Shown here: one piece after another, positions 53,345-63,591 of the stretch | Numbering within the stretch: the first letter of the stretch is position 1 | Layout of the letters: each line of letters opens with the position of its first letter | Source: Thermodesulfobacteriota bacterium | GTDB lineage: Bacteria > Desulfobacterota_D > UBA1144 > Nemesobacterales > UBA2774 | DNA: 64,000 nucleotides | Direction: 5' to 3' | Assembly: GCA_963422265.1 (NCBI GenBank) | Contig: OY729416.1 | Coordinates: 1,280,001 to 1,344,000 of the forward strand | Translations under genes and position numbers: made by a program | Notes under the pieces: model-generated | Database searches by the model: none | The model's input: only the letters and a program-made list of their open reading frames with translations | What the model was told of the DNA's origin: nothing

Positions 53345-55147
53345 TTAAGGTTCTTGGGTGAGGGATAAATTTTTATACCATGGAGTAAGTCTTAACGCCC
53401 CAGCTATAACTGATTTCAACTGGCTTCTTTCGGTTGCAATGTGTATGCCCCCTTGCTTCATGTAAAACTCGGACGTCATCGTCTTTGTATCTACTCCCCT
53501 TCCTCCACTTGTCAATTTTACAACCCTATCTCCCGCAAAGGCTATAGTTGCCTTTTTCTCAGCAATAATCATATCCCCCTGAACCACATAACTTGCCAAA
53601 GCCCCACCGGTAGTCGGATGTCCCAGCACGGATATATACGGAAGTCCAGCCTGCTTAAGCATAATAGTAGCGCATATTGTTTTAGCCATCTGATAGAGAG
53701 CTACCGTGCCCTCCTGCATCCTAGCCCCGCCCGACGACGTTACCACAATGAGAGGCAGGTTTTTGCTGATTGCGTAATCAACAATTAGTTTCATCTTTTC
53801 GCCAAAGACAGCCCCCATAGACCCGCCCATAAAATAAAAATCACTTATGGCAAGCGCAACTGTTAGCTCAAATATCTTTCCATATCCTACAATTAACGAG
53901 TCTTTGGAGTCAGTGCGCCTTGACATCTTTTTTCTACTATCAGAGTAGTCGTAAAAATTAAACCGCGCGTCGATGTTATCCGTGCTTAGATTGGAGTGAA
54001 TTTCGTGAAACGAATCGGTATTCAGCAATAATTCAAGATACTGATGTCCGCCGATCGGGTTCGGCTTTTTACAATATGGACAGGAGTAAAAATTCTTATG
54101 AAAATCTTCTTTTGCGAAATGTTGTCTGCATCCGGCACGCACGACTTTTCCATCAGCATCCTTTTCGTCATTGCAAAAATGGGGCTCCGCACCGTAAAGT
54201 GCTAATTGCATATGTGATACCTCAGGGGTAGGTGTCTTCCCAAATGGAAGCCAGCTTCTTATCTTTTTTGCAATTGCATGATAGGTGTGTTCACCCTTTT
54301 CTACCTGCCCGCATTCCAATATTTTCTCCATCAAGTGCTTTCGTAGATACTTAACGTCAGACCTTTCAAGCTCCTCCGCAGCATCAGACAACGCTTTACT
54401 TATGTTGGCAAGAGTTTTCCCTAGATAACCAGCTGTATTGGGCGCCGGTTCTTTAATCACCTTATCAACTATGCCGTACCTAAGCATATAATCGGAAGTT
54501 GGCTGAAGAACCTCTAGCGCTTCATCTATTTTACTAGCACTTCTAAATAGAATTGCGGAACACCCTTCGGCTGTGATTACAGAGTATTCAGCACGCGAAA
54601 GCATGAACCTTTTGTGAGCTAACTGAAGCGCAATCGCCCCACCACTGCCCCCGCTACCGAGCACCGTAGATATAGACTTGGTTTTAAGACGGATCATTTT
54701 GGATTGGCAATATGAGATCATCCACGACTGTAGTTTTTCGGCTGAATACTCAAATGGGTCTCCACCGATTGTATCAACGTAAGTATGAAGCATCAAACCG
54801 CGTTTCTCCGCATAATCCATCATGTTAAGGGCAAGCCCGTATCCATCCGCCTTTATTAGACCAAAGTTAAACTTAATGCGCTCATCATCGCTTGTCGGCA
54901 TTTGCTGAGCTATTATAGCTACCTTTTTATTTAAGCTTTTTAGCGTAGCCGTTCCGATTATCATTGCTGGATCGTCAACTAATTCAATCATTTTCCCTGA
55001 AGGAGCCATTATTTGATTTGAGAAATCAGGCAGGTCACTGTAAGGAGTGAAATCCTCGTACAAATATATAATAACGTCTTTTGATTTTATCTTTTCGTAA
55101 GATCTTGCCTGATTGTGAATCAAAGCTAGTTTTGAAGATCGGCTCAT
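53345..55147 (-). CDS. Fused acetyl-CoA carboxylase carboxyltransferase (alpha-like N-terminus, beta-like C-terminus)
   Basis: GGSGGAIAL, YSVITAEGCSAIL (AccA-like); CPYC zinc finger, FMGGSMG, SGGARMQEG, PTTGG (AccD-like). Confidence 0.88.
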   Translation of the reverse strand: MSRSSKLALIHNQARSYEKIKSKDVIIYLYEDFTPYSDLPDFSNQIMAPSGKMIELVDDPAMIIGTATLKSLNKKVAIIAQQMPTSDDERIKFNFGLIKADGYGLALNMMDYAEKRGLMLHTYVDTIGGDPFEYSAEKLQSWMISYCQSKMIRLKTKSISTVLGSGGSGGAIALQLAHKRFMLSRAEYSVITAEGCSAILFRSASKIDEALEVLQPTSDYMLRYGIVDKVIKEPAPNTAGYLGKTLANISKALSDAAEELERSDVKYLRKHLMEKILECGQVEKGEHTYHAIAKKIRSWLPFGKTPTPEVSHMQLALYGAEPHFCNDEKDADGKVVRAGCRQHFAKEDFHKNFYSCPYCKKPNPIGGHQYLELLLNTDSFHEIHSNLSTDNIDARFNFYDYSDSRKKMSRRTDSKDSLIVGYGKIFELTVALAISDFYFMGGSMGAVFGEKMKLIVDYAISKNLPLIVVTSSGGARMQEGTVALYQMAKTICATIMLKQAGLPYISVLGHPTTGGALASYVVQGDMIIAEKKATIAFAGDRVVKLTSGGRGVDTKTMTSEFYMKQGGIHIATERSQLKSVIAGALRLTPWYKNLSLTQEP

Positions 55148-55221
55148 TTGTTATTCTCGGCGCAAATTTGGACTATTATAACCTGAAAGGTTTTTAATTG
55201 ATAAAGTTCCTACAATGAGCA

Positions 55222-55255
55222 AAGCCGATTAGATACTTATTAATCTAACCGGCTT
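55222..55255 (-). terminator. Stem-loop downstream of the IscA-type gene
   Basis: Minus strand AAGCCGGTTAGAT...ATCTAATCGGCTT; weak U tract. Confidence 0.5.
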
Positions 55256-55278
55256 AGAGTAGTGTCATACAGTTAAGC

Positions 55279-55602
55279 TTATGCTGTAAATGAACTTCCA
55301 CAGCCACAAGTACCTGTTGCATTAGGGTTGTTTATAGCAAATCCATTTCCATTAAGCCCATCCTGGAAATCTAGCACTGCCCTATCTAAATATGGGTAGC
55401 TAAACACGTCAATAGCAACTTTAACGCCTTCGTGTTCTATCAGTTGGTCACTGTCTTCGGTCTCGTCATCAAAACCCATTTCGTAGGAAAACCCCGAGCA
55501 TCCACCTGGAACAATCCTTACTCTGAGAACTGCGTCAGGAATATCCTCTGCAGATAACAACCTTTTAATTTCATCAGCCGCTTTAGTAGTTACTGTAAGC
55601 AT
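55279..55602 (-). CDS. Fe-S cluster assembly accessory protein (IscA/ErpA/HesB family)
   Basis: GGCSGFSY, NPNA..TCGCGSSF. Confidence 0.95.
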   Translation of the reverse strand: MLTVTTKAADEIKRLLSAEDIPDAVLRVRIVPGGCSGFSYEMGFDDETEDSDQLIEHEGVKVAIDVFSYPYLDRAVLDFQDGLNGNGFAINNPNATGTCGCGSSFTA

Positions 55603-55695
55603 ATATAACTACCTCCGTTTGCAAATTGATCTTTTATTAAATATATGCATTAATGAGAATATGGCAAATAGCTAGCGTGAAAAGGCGTAAGAACG

Positions 55696-57024
55696 CTACA
55701 ACTTGTCAATCTCTTTTCTTATAAGCTCTTCCATTTTATCAAATGAGATTGATTCTAAATCAAAATTGAAAACACCTTCAATTCTTTCGATAATTGACTC
55801 AATGTCTAAATTTTTTATATCATTTTCAGAAATTCCCTGAAAACCGTGAGCTATTATTGATTTATTGCGGAGCTCCGATGCTTTAGTAAACGACTTGTTT
55901 ATTTCAAATATATCTCTAAATTTATCATCAATATCTTTATTATCTATGAAAAACTGAATTATAGCAGACATATTCATAAGAGTCGGCTTTTTATATTCTA
56001 TGTTTTTCTTATCAAGATACTTCTTCAACTCTTTATTGCAATTTATAGAGTCACAAAATTCAGTAAAACCATTTCCTCTATCCTTTTCCGTAGTAACTCC
56101 CAGAACATCTTTGTGTTCAATTGCCCATCTGAGCATCCCCTCGTTAAGCCTGAATAAGCGCCCTAGCACATCCGCATATTCCTTATTTTTATATTTAATC
56201 TTACAATTCAAAATTAACTCTTGTAATAAAGTTTCAACATTTTGCTTTGATTTTAACACTTCCAAATGTTTTTTTAAGTTTTCTATTAAAGGATTGGACT
56301 TTTCTATAGCGCTTTCATATTTTTCTAAAGACATAAGGCTTGACTCAAAATTGAACGCAGCCCTGGATTTAGCAGATTTAACAAGCTCTTGCACGTTTTT
56401 GTTTTGTAGCACAGGCAAACTCTGTATAGCTGCATAATTATATTGTTCCAAGCAACTGTATATAGACCTTTTTTGATACCAATCATCAAGGTTACTGCTA
56501 ACATGTAAACACTTAACATCGGCACTTCCCTTTTCTACATATAAGTGCGTTGCCTGTTCACCAAATATTGAGAAAGAATTAAATAAGAGCGACATATTAC
56601 ATGCTGGAAGCCCACCTGATAAAAGGCAAAAATACCTGTCATTTTTATTGAGCTTTTTCAATTCTCTCTCATAGAATGAAAACATATAATCGTAACGATG
56701 AGGATTTCGTTTCATTATCTCCAATTTACACCGTATATTTGCATTTAGTTCTTTTAACCATTTTTCTATTATTTCGCCAAAATACAGAGTGTCTTGCTCA
56801 TGTGGTTTTTGCTGATCTGTTATAAAAAGGTGAACCCGCTCCAGTTGCTTATGATCTCTTATTATTTTATCAATGGCTGGTTGAAGTATCGGAAAAGTTA
56901 AATCTCCTTTATGCTTATCAAAATCATCTAATATTTTTTTGCCTTTCTCACGGGCAGAAGTAATATTACAACTTTGATACTTGACATCATTGTTACCAAT
57001 ATTGGCTAACAGTATATTCTTCAT
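55696..57024 (-). CDS. CRISPR ancillary CARF-HEPN ribonuclease (Csm6/Csx1-like)
   Basis: N-terminal LANIGNND...FITDQ...SGGLPA (CARF-like); C-terminal RNKSIIAHG HEPN motif; abuts csm5. Confidence 0.82.
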   Translation of the reverse strand: MKNILLANIGNNDVKYQSCNITSAREKGKKILDDFDKHKGDLTFPILQPAIDKIIRDHKQLERVHLFITDQQKPHEQDTLYFGEIIEKWLKELNANIRCKLEIMKRNPHRYDYMFSFYERELKKLNKNDRYFCLLSGGLPACNMSLLFNSFSIFGEQATHLYVEKGSADVKCLHVSSNLDDWYQKRSIYSCLEQYNYAAIQSLPVLQNKNVQELVKSAKSRAAFNFESSLMSLEKYESAIEKSNPLIENLKKHLEVLKSKQNVETLLQELILNCKIKYKNKEYADVLGRLFRLNEGMLRWAIEHKDVLGVTTEKDRGNGFTEFCDSINCNKELKKYLDKKNIEYKKPTLMNMSAIIQFFIDNKDIDDKFRDIFEINKSFTKASELRNKSIIAHGFQGISENDIKNLDIESIIERIEGVFNFDLESISFDKMEELIRKEIDKL

Positions 57025-58188
57025 TTAGTTATCCACCTTTGAAATTTTAGCCCACCCAAACATCCCTCTTATCTGTCCATTTTCGTAGTAAACGGTTCTC
57101 GTGGTTGGGAAGAGATTATTTAGTTTTTTTATTTTTCTATTAATTCCAAGTTTTGCCTTCTTGCGGATTTTTTCAATAACCTCGTCCCCGAAACACATAT
57201 CTATTGTGGAATTAAAAAATGATTTTCCACGCCCTAGGAATATTACCGCTCCTTTAATATTGTAATTTTTGCTCACTATGAAATTTAGAAAATTTAAAAG
57301 GGACTTAGTAATATGTCTGCTTTCTTCACTATTAGATTTTTCTAAAGCTGCTTTTTCATGAGAAATAAAACTTTCCGAAAAGTTCCTCAGTATCTTGAAT
57401 ATCTCTTCTTCATTCCCCTCGCATAGATACGAAAATTCGTCATTATTAAGTTTGCTGTATTCTTTCTTATGTATCTCCTTGGCAGATGATTTGATCTCAA
57501 AGGTTACTGACTTCTGATTTGGAATAATAGCCTCATAGTTCATCGGGATGGCATCTTTGCCAGATTTAATATTGACCCTTTTGGAGTGATAGACTTTCAA
57601 GCTATTATCCGAGAAACAGGTTGTATCTGAAACTCTCAGGAATTTCATCATATCGTCCCCGAACTTGCCGAAGATCTTATGATTAAATTCCTTTTCGATG
57701 TTCTCTAATTCCTTCTGATCCTTACATTTGTTTATTTGTTTTTCCAAGTCACTCTTACAAGCTTTATCCCTTAACAGTTTATCAAAAAGCAATGCGTTCC
57801 TTATCGCCCCTTTGATTGTGCTTCCAGAGATATACGGTTGCCCTGCATTCTTGATAGTTGGATTGATCTGCTGGGATTTTATCTCCTTGAAATCCGACAC
57901 AGGAACTTGCTTTAATACGTAGTCGTAGGGGTTCTTACCATGGCGTCTTAGAAACTTATCAATCGTATATTTCTTTCCTGCACTTGAGTTTTGGTTTCTA
58001 ATAGCATCTACAAAATTAGTTATGACTCTTTCATCTTGAGATTCCAGAAACTTGTCCAACTTAGAATGATCTATGTAACATGCAACCCGATTTTCCTCAT
58101 CAACAAAATAATCGCTAAATGGGGAAATGATTTTTGAATTATCCGTTCCTATGTGGACAGGTGATAAAGGGGTTAGCTTGATTTGCAT
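57025..58188 (-). CDS. csm5: Type III-A RAMP protein Csm5
   Basis: LTPLSPVHIG, PYISGSTIKGAIRNAL, LRVSDT, C-terminal FGWAK. Confidence 0.9.
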   Translation of the reverse strand: MQIKLTPLSPVHIGTDNSKIISPFSDYFVDEENRVACYIDHSKLDKFLESQDERVITNFVDAIRNQNSSAGKKYTIDKFLRRHGKNPYDYVLKQVPVSDFKEIKSQQINPTIKNAGQPYISGSTIKGAIRNALLFDKLLRDKACKSDLEKQINKCKDQKELENIEKEFNHKIFGKFGDDMMKFLRVSDTTCFSDNSLKVYHSKRVNIKSGKDAIPMNYEAIIPNQKSVTFEIKSSAKEIHKKEYSKLNNDEFSYLCEGNEEEIFKILRNFSESFISHEKAALEKSNSEESRHITKSLLNFLNFIVSKNYNIKGAVIFLGRGKSFFNSTIDMCFGDEVIEKIRKKAKLGINRKIKKLNNLFPTTRTVYYENGQIRGMFGWAKISKVDN

Positions 58189-59291
58189 AAATCCCCTCCA
58201 AAATTCAAACCAAAGTTGACCCCATTTTGATAAATTTTAGTGCTACTCACTTCGCCAATTTCTACCATACTTCCTCTCATATCTCCTTTAAATATTGAAC
58301 CTTCCTTGATCATTCTTACTTTTCTCTTTCGTTCGGCAGTATCCTTATTTAGATAAACATAGCCCCCACCTCTTGATACCGATTCGTAGGAATAAATACT
58401 TTCCAACCTGTCTTCAATTGGAGAGAGCAACGACAAGTTAGTCTGATACTTGCCTTCTAAGTTCCATTCAAAAGCAAGCTCTTCAATTCCGTTAAACAAT
58501 CCCGCGCCTGTGGTTGCTTTTCCACCCAACCCCTCATCTCCAAGAAATCTGAGAGATGAATAAAACACTTTTTTATTTTCTCGACTCATATCTGAATCAA
58601 TAAGAAAGTAAAAATGTGTGCTGATACGACAACCAGCATTCTTCTTGCTTTTCTCCGAATTAAGCGTAACATCAGATTGATAATATATGTTTTTACTCTC
58701 ATCTTCCCCCGCGTCTCTAACCTCCTTTCTGCTTACAGACACTTTAGGAAGCTCAAGAGATTGAAACGGTTTATACTCACTGAGTTTATCAAATCCCATC
58801 CCCTCTATTTCTTCTTTCTCCTCTTTGCTGATGGCAAACTTTTCACCTATAAGAGGAAGCTCTTTAAGGCTATAATCAAAGTAAACTTCTTCCTCTTCTT
58901 CTCTAACGCTGTTCAGCAACTCTTTAAAAACGTCCAGAGAAATAAATTTGATTTTCTTTATTTGCTTCTTGTCAAATTGATTATTTTCCTTTTTATCATC
59001 TTTGTCCTTTTTTTGTATTTTCCCAAAAATCTTTGGCAGGAAGAAAATACGCTTTTTGTCATCACCATTCGAAACCTCTAAAAGATAAAACCCCGATGAT
59101 ATCTTTATATCCTTTTTGCGAAATAACTCTACAAACTCATTGGATTTATCTCTTCCATAAAGAGCGTTAACTGAATTTATTATTGCGGAGAAAATCGTAT
59201 CTGAATGTATATATTCAGTAAGGGAGTCTAAATCTGTTGCACCCAGTCTGAATCTGTTGTTTTCACCGCATATAAGCTTAATTGCTTTCAA
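58173..59291 (-). CDS. csm4: Type III-A RAMP protein Csm4
   Basis: IHSDTIFSAI, ISSGF, GLGGKATTGAGLF, MIKEGSIF. Confidence 0.9.
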   Translation of the reverse strand: MKAIKLICGENNRFRLGATDLDSLTEYIHSDTIFSAIINSVNALYGRDKSNEFVELFRKKDIKISSGFYLLEVSNGDDKKRIFFLPKIFGKIQKKDKDDKKENNQFDKKQIKKIKFISLDVFKELLNSVREEEEEVYFDYSLKELPLIGEKFAISKEEKEEIEGMGFDKLSEYKPFQSLELPKVSVSRKEVRDAGEDESKNIYYQSDVTLNSEKSKKNAGCRISTHFYFLIDSDMSRENKKVFYSSLRFLGDEGLGGKATTGAGLFNGIEELAFEWNLEGKYQTNLSLLSPIEDRLESIYSYESVSRGGGYVYLNKDTAERKRKVRMIKEGSIFKGDMRGSMVEIGEVSSTKIYQNGVNFGLNFGGDLCKSS

Positions 59292-60036
59292 TTTCTAAAG
59301 ATTCCTTTATATTTCTCAACAATTCATCTAAACCAAAGCTAATGTCCTTATACTCCGCTTTCGTTACTTGCTGCCTCTTATTTGTCCCTACGTATTCATA
59401 CCTTGTTTTATACTCAATCTTTAGATCGTTGAATTTCACTTTCCCATACCCTCTTGAGCCGCTGCCTCCGATGTAATCATCCTCAAGTAACCTCATGCCT
59501 TCTATGACAGTCTTGATGTAATCAACATCCCTGCTATTGAAGACTGTGTATATCATCTCAAAATTAAAAAGGGCACCTGCGGGAACGCGCTCAAGCTGCC
59601 TTGGGTTTTTAGCTTTGGAAGTAAGCCTATCTATCGTGTTTTCCCATTTCCCCTCCGTATATTGAAGTTCAAGCTCGTCTCTAAATTTCTTCTTAAAATC
59701 ATCTTTATCAAGAAACGAATCTCTAACTATGAGGTGAGTTCTTACTCCATTGGAATTTTTATCAGCAGAAACTCCGAATATATGGGCAATTCCAGATTTA
59801 GGGTCAACATCACGACACAAACCATCAAAACCATAACTCACTTCCAAAAGGCTCCTGATCTTACCTTTAAGCGATGAACCAGGAATAAATGGAACGCCTT
59901 TTGCGGTTTTTATGACGTTAAGATCAATCCCGCCTATATCAAGAGCCGTATTAGAACCTCCTATGTGAAGACCTGTTCTCGCCTCAATCTTTCCTGTAAT
60001 AAATATCTTAGCGGGCATTTTGTTATTATCGGACAT
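59278..60036 (-). CDS. csm3: Type III-A RAMP protein Csm3
   Basis: TGLHIGG, IGGID (catalytic Asp), PFIPGSSLKGK.RSLLE, NPRQLERVP, GGSGSRGYG. Confidence 0.95.
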   Translation of the reverse strand: MSDNNKMPAKIFITGKIEARTGLHIGGSNTALDIGGIDLNVIKTAKGVPFIPGSSLKGKIRSLLEVSYGFDGLCRDVDPKSGIAHIFGVSADKNSNGVRTHLIVRDSFLDKDDFKKKFRDELELQYTEGKWENTIDRLTSKAKNPRQLERVPAGALFNFEMIYTVFNSRDVDYIKTVIEGMRLLEDDYIGGSGSRGYGKVKFNDLKIEYKTRYEYVGTNKRQQVTKAEYKDISFGLDELLRNIKESLEIESN

Positions 60037-60048
60037 AACGAAGCTCCT

Positions 60049-60462
60049 TCAGTTTGATGTGGGATTAAAATACCTATGGTAGGCAATTATAGCCTCAAAG
60101 AAATCTTTGAACTGGTTTAAGTTATCCTTGTTGACCTTTTTTATTAACTCGTCTAACAGATAAACAAGCTCTTTCATGCCAGTTTGCCTTCCCACAACAT
60201 AAGCTAGTTTAGGCCGCAGCATTGTTAAATTTCTTGGCTCTTTTACCTCTTTAACTTTAGAGAAAATGTTTCTCAACTGCGAAGTTGAAATTTTATCTTT
60301 ATTTTTTTCCACGTAGCTTTTAATATTATCTATGTATCCGTTGTAATCTCTTGGGGACAATATGGCATTTACGTAATTATTCCCAAAACGCTTTTTAAGA
60401 TTTGCTTCAAAACGCGCTGTGTCATTTAGCCTACTCCTACCCACGCGCTGCTTATTCATCAT
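60049..60462 (-). CDS. csm2: Type III-A small subunit Csm2
   Basis: STSQLRNIF, LRPKLAYVVGR, FFEAIIAYHRY. Confidence 0.93.
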   Translation of the reverse strand: MMNKQRVGRSRLNDTARFEANLKKRFGNNYVNAILSPRDYNGYIDNIKSYVEKNKDKISTSQLRNIFSKVKEVKEPRNLTMLRPKLAYVVGRQTGMKELVYLLDELIKKVNKDNLNQFKDFFEAIIAYHRYFNPTSN

Positions 60463-62866
60463 TATCTCCTTTGCCTTTGGTTTTTAACTCCGCCCATCTT
60501 GTGGCTACTGGAATGAGCATCGGATTGCTTATACGTTCCTTCTTGTTTCCATCTTTGTCGTAATACATGAGATTATCCAATATTATTGAACTATAAGTCT
60601 TTATGAGATTTTCCTTTGCTTCTTTATTCTCCGTTTTCATATTCCTCAAATAGTAATTGAATCTCCACACTTTCTGCACGTTTAACCTTCCAGTTTTATT
60701 AGACCCTTCTACTAACTTATTAAAGCCTATTGTAGATTGATACACTTTACTTAGTAAAGCTCTTGACTCGCCTCCATTTTCGATAAGCTCCACAAGACGC
60801 CCCTGAAAGTCTTTTATATATTCAAACTCTTTCCAGTTAAATACTTGCCCCATAATTGCCACTTTGTTCTTGGACGGTTCACTTTCCCCTTCATTCCTAT
60901 AGCTTTTTCCTTTATCAAGGGCTTCTTCCGCGATATTTGATGCTCTTATAACTGGAAAATGAGGGTGAAAAACATTGAGGCCCGCGGAAGCTGTTATTTT
61001 GGGATTTTGAGCCACGAATTTCTTAAAGTCCCTATTTATCTCTTCTGCTAAATCAAACACTGCATCCCAAGCACCAATCAAAAAAGTATCGTCCCCGCCT
61101 GAATACACGGGATAGATTTTGTCTGCGTATTTCCTTATTAGTTTATTTAGATAACCTTCAAAAAATAGCCTGAGCATTCTGCTTAGAGATGCTATTCTGG
61201 AGATTGTTCTATCGTTCTTCTCCAATCCCTCTTTGAAAATTTTACCAAGATTATCAACATCCATTTTCAGATAGGCTAACTTTTTATCACCGTTTGACAG
61301 GTTGGTTATGGAGTCAAATTCGCTGTTCTCGGGGAGATTGACTACTGAAAACTTGAAACCAGAATGATCGGGAAGAAAATCCGTATCGTTAAGAAGAAGG
61401 CCGCTATGACTGTCAGTCTTTTCACCTTTCTTTCCCAAACTCACCTCATATCCAAATTGCCTAAAGGTCTTTTGCCACAGAGACTCATGCCCATTTCCAG
61501 ATTGAGAGTTCGGATATTGTCCCTGCTTACTGCCTGCAGGGACAGGTTTGCTAATTGTTACAAATCTGGCTTCCTTAAGCTTATTAGTAAACCCTTCAAA
61601 TCCTTCGGTATCATCACCCTGACTTGCTTCAAAAGGCTCAAAGACCCTTTCATAACCTATCTCTGAATAACGCCTGGATTTCATCTTGGAGGTTGCTTCT
61701 GATACTTCTTGCCATTTACCTGAGAAATCTTCGAAATCCTTCCCTTTTACTTCAACCCACCCTAAAGCCGCATATATATTAGTCCGGTGGCAGTCATAAA
61801 GAACACGGGTAATTTTTTTCCGCAATTCTTGCAATTTTACCTCTTTTGATTTGGGAGCAAGAATATAAAAATTGCCGCCTCCATTATAGAGTAAGCTTGA
61901 AATAGGAAGCTCTAACTCATCTAAGATGTATCTGGCTATTACATCGGAAAGAAGCTGTAAATAAAAGGAACGTCCTTTAAGACTTTTCGCCGCTCCTTTG
62001 GATTTAATATCAAAGATGAACGATTGGATCCCAGAAAAATCAACCTGCACCAACAGTGCAATTGACTTTTTATCCAATGTATTTTCAGGGTGATTCTTTC
62101 CCTCTTTATAACTAAATATCTCATTTTCAGTTATCTGCCCTTCCTTAAAGTCGTCATAAAGACACAAAGCAATTGCAGCTGTAACCCTCAAATGATCAAA
62201 AAGCGAAATATCAGACCTGTATAAAATCTCTTTCCCATTAATTTCTATTGGAGATTGAGCCGGGATGAACGATAGATATTTTTCTAACACATAAAACAAC
62301 TGCACTTGGTTTTTAACTTTTTTGAATTCTACTATAAATTCATTGACTAAATCTTCATATTGGTTGTTAGCAGTAACAGGATTTACAGTTTCAATTTGAT
62401 CAGGAATTAAATGATTCAACACCAACTTGTTTAAATCTAAATATCGGACGCCTTTGTTTCCATGAATTAAGCTAAATATATTTACAAGCTTTGATTTAAA
62501 ATAGTCCTGAGGTTTAAGCGTTGAATCTGTTTGTCTTTCAGCAGAAGCCCATGAATCAGCTAATCTGATCATTTTCAGATAAACATTATTATTTAGGTAA
62601 TCATAATCTCGTTTATCTTTGTCTCTGCCTTTATGATGATAAAGAACACAATTCCTTACTCCTGGTAAATCTCCTACAAAATTAAGCTGGTCTCTAAATT
62701 CCCAAACAAAGTCGGCACCGTATCTACGGTGTGCATAACTTGCGTCCGCTAATCCGTCATCCATCCACTTTTTAGCTTTCTCAATTCTTTCTTGGCTCTT
62801 AGCTCTTTCAATAAACTTGCCAATGTCGTGGAGCAGAGAACCTACATAAAAAGATTGTCTTTCCAT
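60452..62866 (-). CDS. cas10: Cas10/Csm1 with HD nuclease and GGDD cyclase domains
   Basis: LLHDIGKF, ISLFDH, DFSGIQSFIF, LKGRSF, MDVDNLG, YSGGDD; ATG start at 62866 preferred over TTG 62881. Confidence 0.95.
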   Translation of the reverse strand: MERQSFYVGSLLHDIGKFIERAKSQERIEKAKKWMDDGLADASYAHRRYGADFVWEFRDQLNFVGDLPGVRNCVLYHHKGRDKDKRDYDYLNNNVYLKMIRLADSWASAERQTDSTLKPQDYFKSKLVNIFSLIHGNKGVRYLDLNKLVLNHLIPDQIETVNPVTANNQYEDLVNEFIVEFKKVKNQVQLFYVLEKYLSFIPAQSPIEINGKEILYRSDISLFDHLRVTAAIALCLYDDFKEGQITENEIFSYKEGKNHPENTLDKKSIALLVQVDFSGIQSFIFDIKSKGAAKSLKGRSFYLQLLSDVIARYILDELELPISSLLYNGGGNFYILAPKSKEVKLQELRKKITRVLYDCHRTNIYAALGWVEVKGKDFEDFSGKWQEVSEATSKMKSRRYSEIGYERVFEPFEASQGDDTEGFEGFTNKLKEARFVTISKPVPAGSKQGQYPNSQSGNGHESLWQKTFRQFGYEVSLGKKGEKTDSHSGLLLNDTDFLPDHSGFKFSVVNLPENSEFDSITNLSNGDKKLAYLKMDVDNLGKIFKEGLEKNDRTISRIASLSRMLRLFFEGYLNKLIRKYADKIYPVYSGGDDTFLIGAWDAVFDLAEEINRDFKKFVAQNPKITASAGLNVFHPHFPVIRASNIAEEALDKGKSYRNEGESEPSKNKVAIMGQVFNWKEFEYIKDFQGRLVELIENGGESRALLSKVYQSTIGFNKLVEGSNKTGRLNVQKVWRFNYYLRNMKTENKEAKENLIKTYSSIILDNLMYYDKDGNKKERISNPMLIPVATRWAELKTKGKGDNDE

Positions 62867-63000
62867 TTTTAATTCACGCAATTGGTAAGAAACTCAAAAC
62901 ATCTGAAGTCTTGTAAATTCATCATCTAGTTGACCCTATCCGACTTTCCAAACATTGTTCAGTAAGGAGTTGATAATTTAGGGGACTTATATACTTGTCT

Positions 63001-63543
63001 CTAATAATTATAATAATGGTCTAATACGCAATTATAATCAATATCTCGGTTAACTTCTGAGGATGATGAGTCATCCAAAGCCGACTTAAACCAATTGAGT
63101 TCTAATGTTGTTTCTGATATAGTAAGAACCTTATAACTAAACCATTTCTCTGGTATATATTTTGGAATACTCTTATAAACATTTGTAGGTAAGGCTGTCA
63201 TAATTCCGTCTATTGCGTCCTTCATTTCTCTCTTGTCATACAGAGAATTAGCATTGAGGTCAATTTTAAGCACTGAATCATTATCATTTAGGGAATATGC
63301 GAAATGATAGTTTTCTCCATCAGCTGATCCCTTCCCATTACGGTAAAACGCATATCTTAAAGACCCTACTCCTCCATCTGTTCTGGTGCATTTCCAAAAA
63401 CTGCCATTATTATCGTAAAGATGTTCCCCGCTGATAAGTAAATCCGAAATAGACTCTCCACTACTACTTCCACTGCCACTACAGCCACCAACAGTCATAA
63501 AACTAACTAACACTATTCCTACTACAAGACTAAAAATAGACAT
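63001..63543 (-). CDS. Hypothetical lipoprotein
   Basis: Hydrophobic signal with VGGC lipobox, Ser/Gly linker; SD AAGGAG. Confidence 0.65.
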   Translation of the reverse strand: MSIFSLVVGIVLVSFMTVGGCSGSGSSSGESISDLLISGEHLYDNNGSFWKCTRTDGGVGSLRYAFYRNGKGSADGENYHFAYSLNDNDSVLKIDLNANSLYDKREMKDAIDGIMTALPTNVYKSIPKYIPEKWFSYKVLTISETTLELNWFKSALDDSSSSEVNRDIDYNCVLDHYYNY

Positions 63544-63591
63544 TAGGAACTCCTTATGGTTTTTATTCCCAGCGTACGCAGGCGTCGGGTC

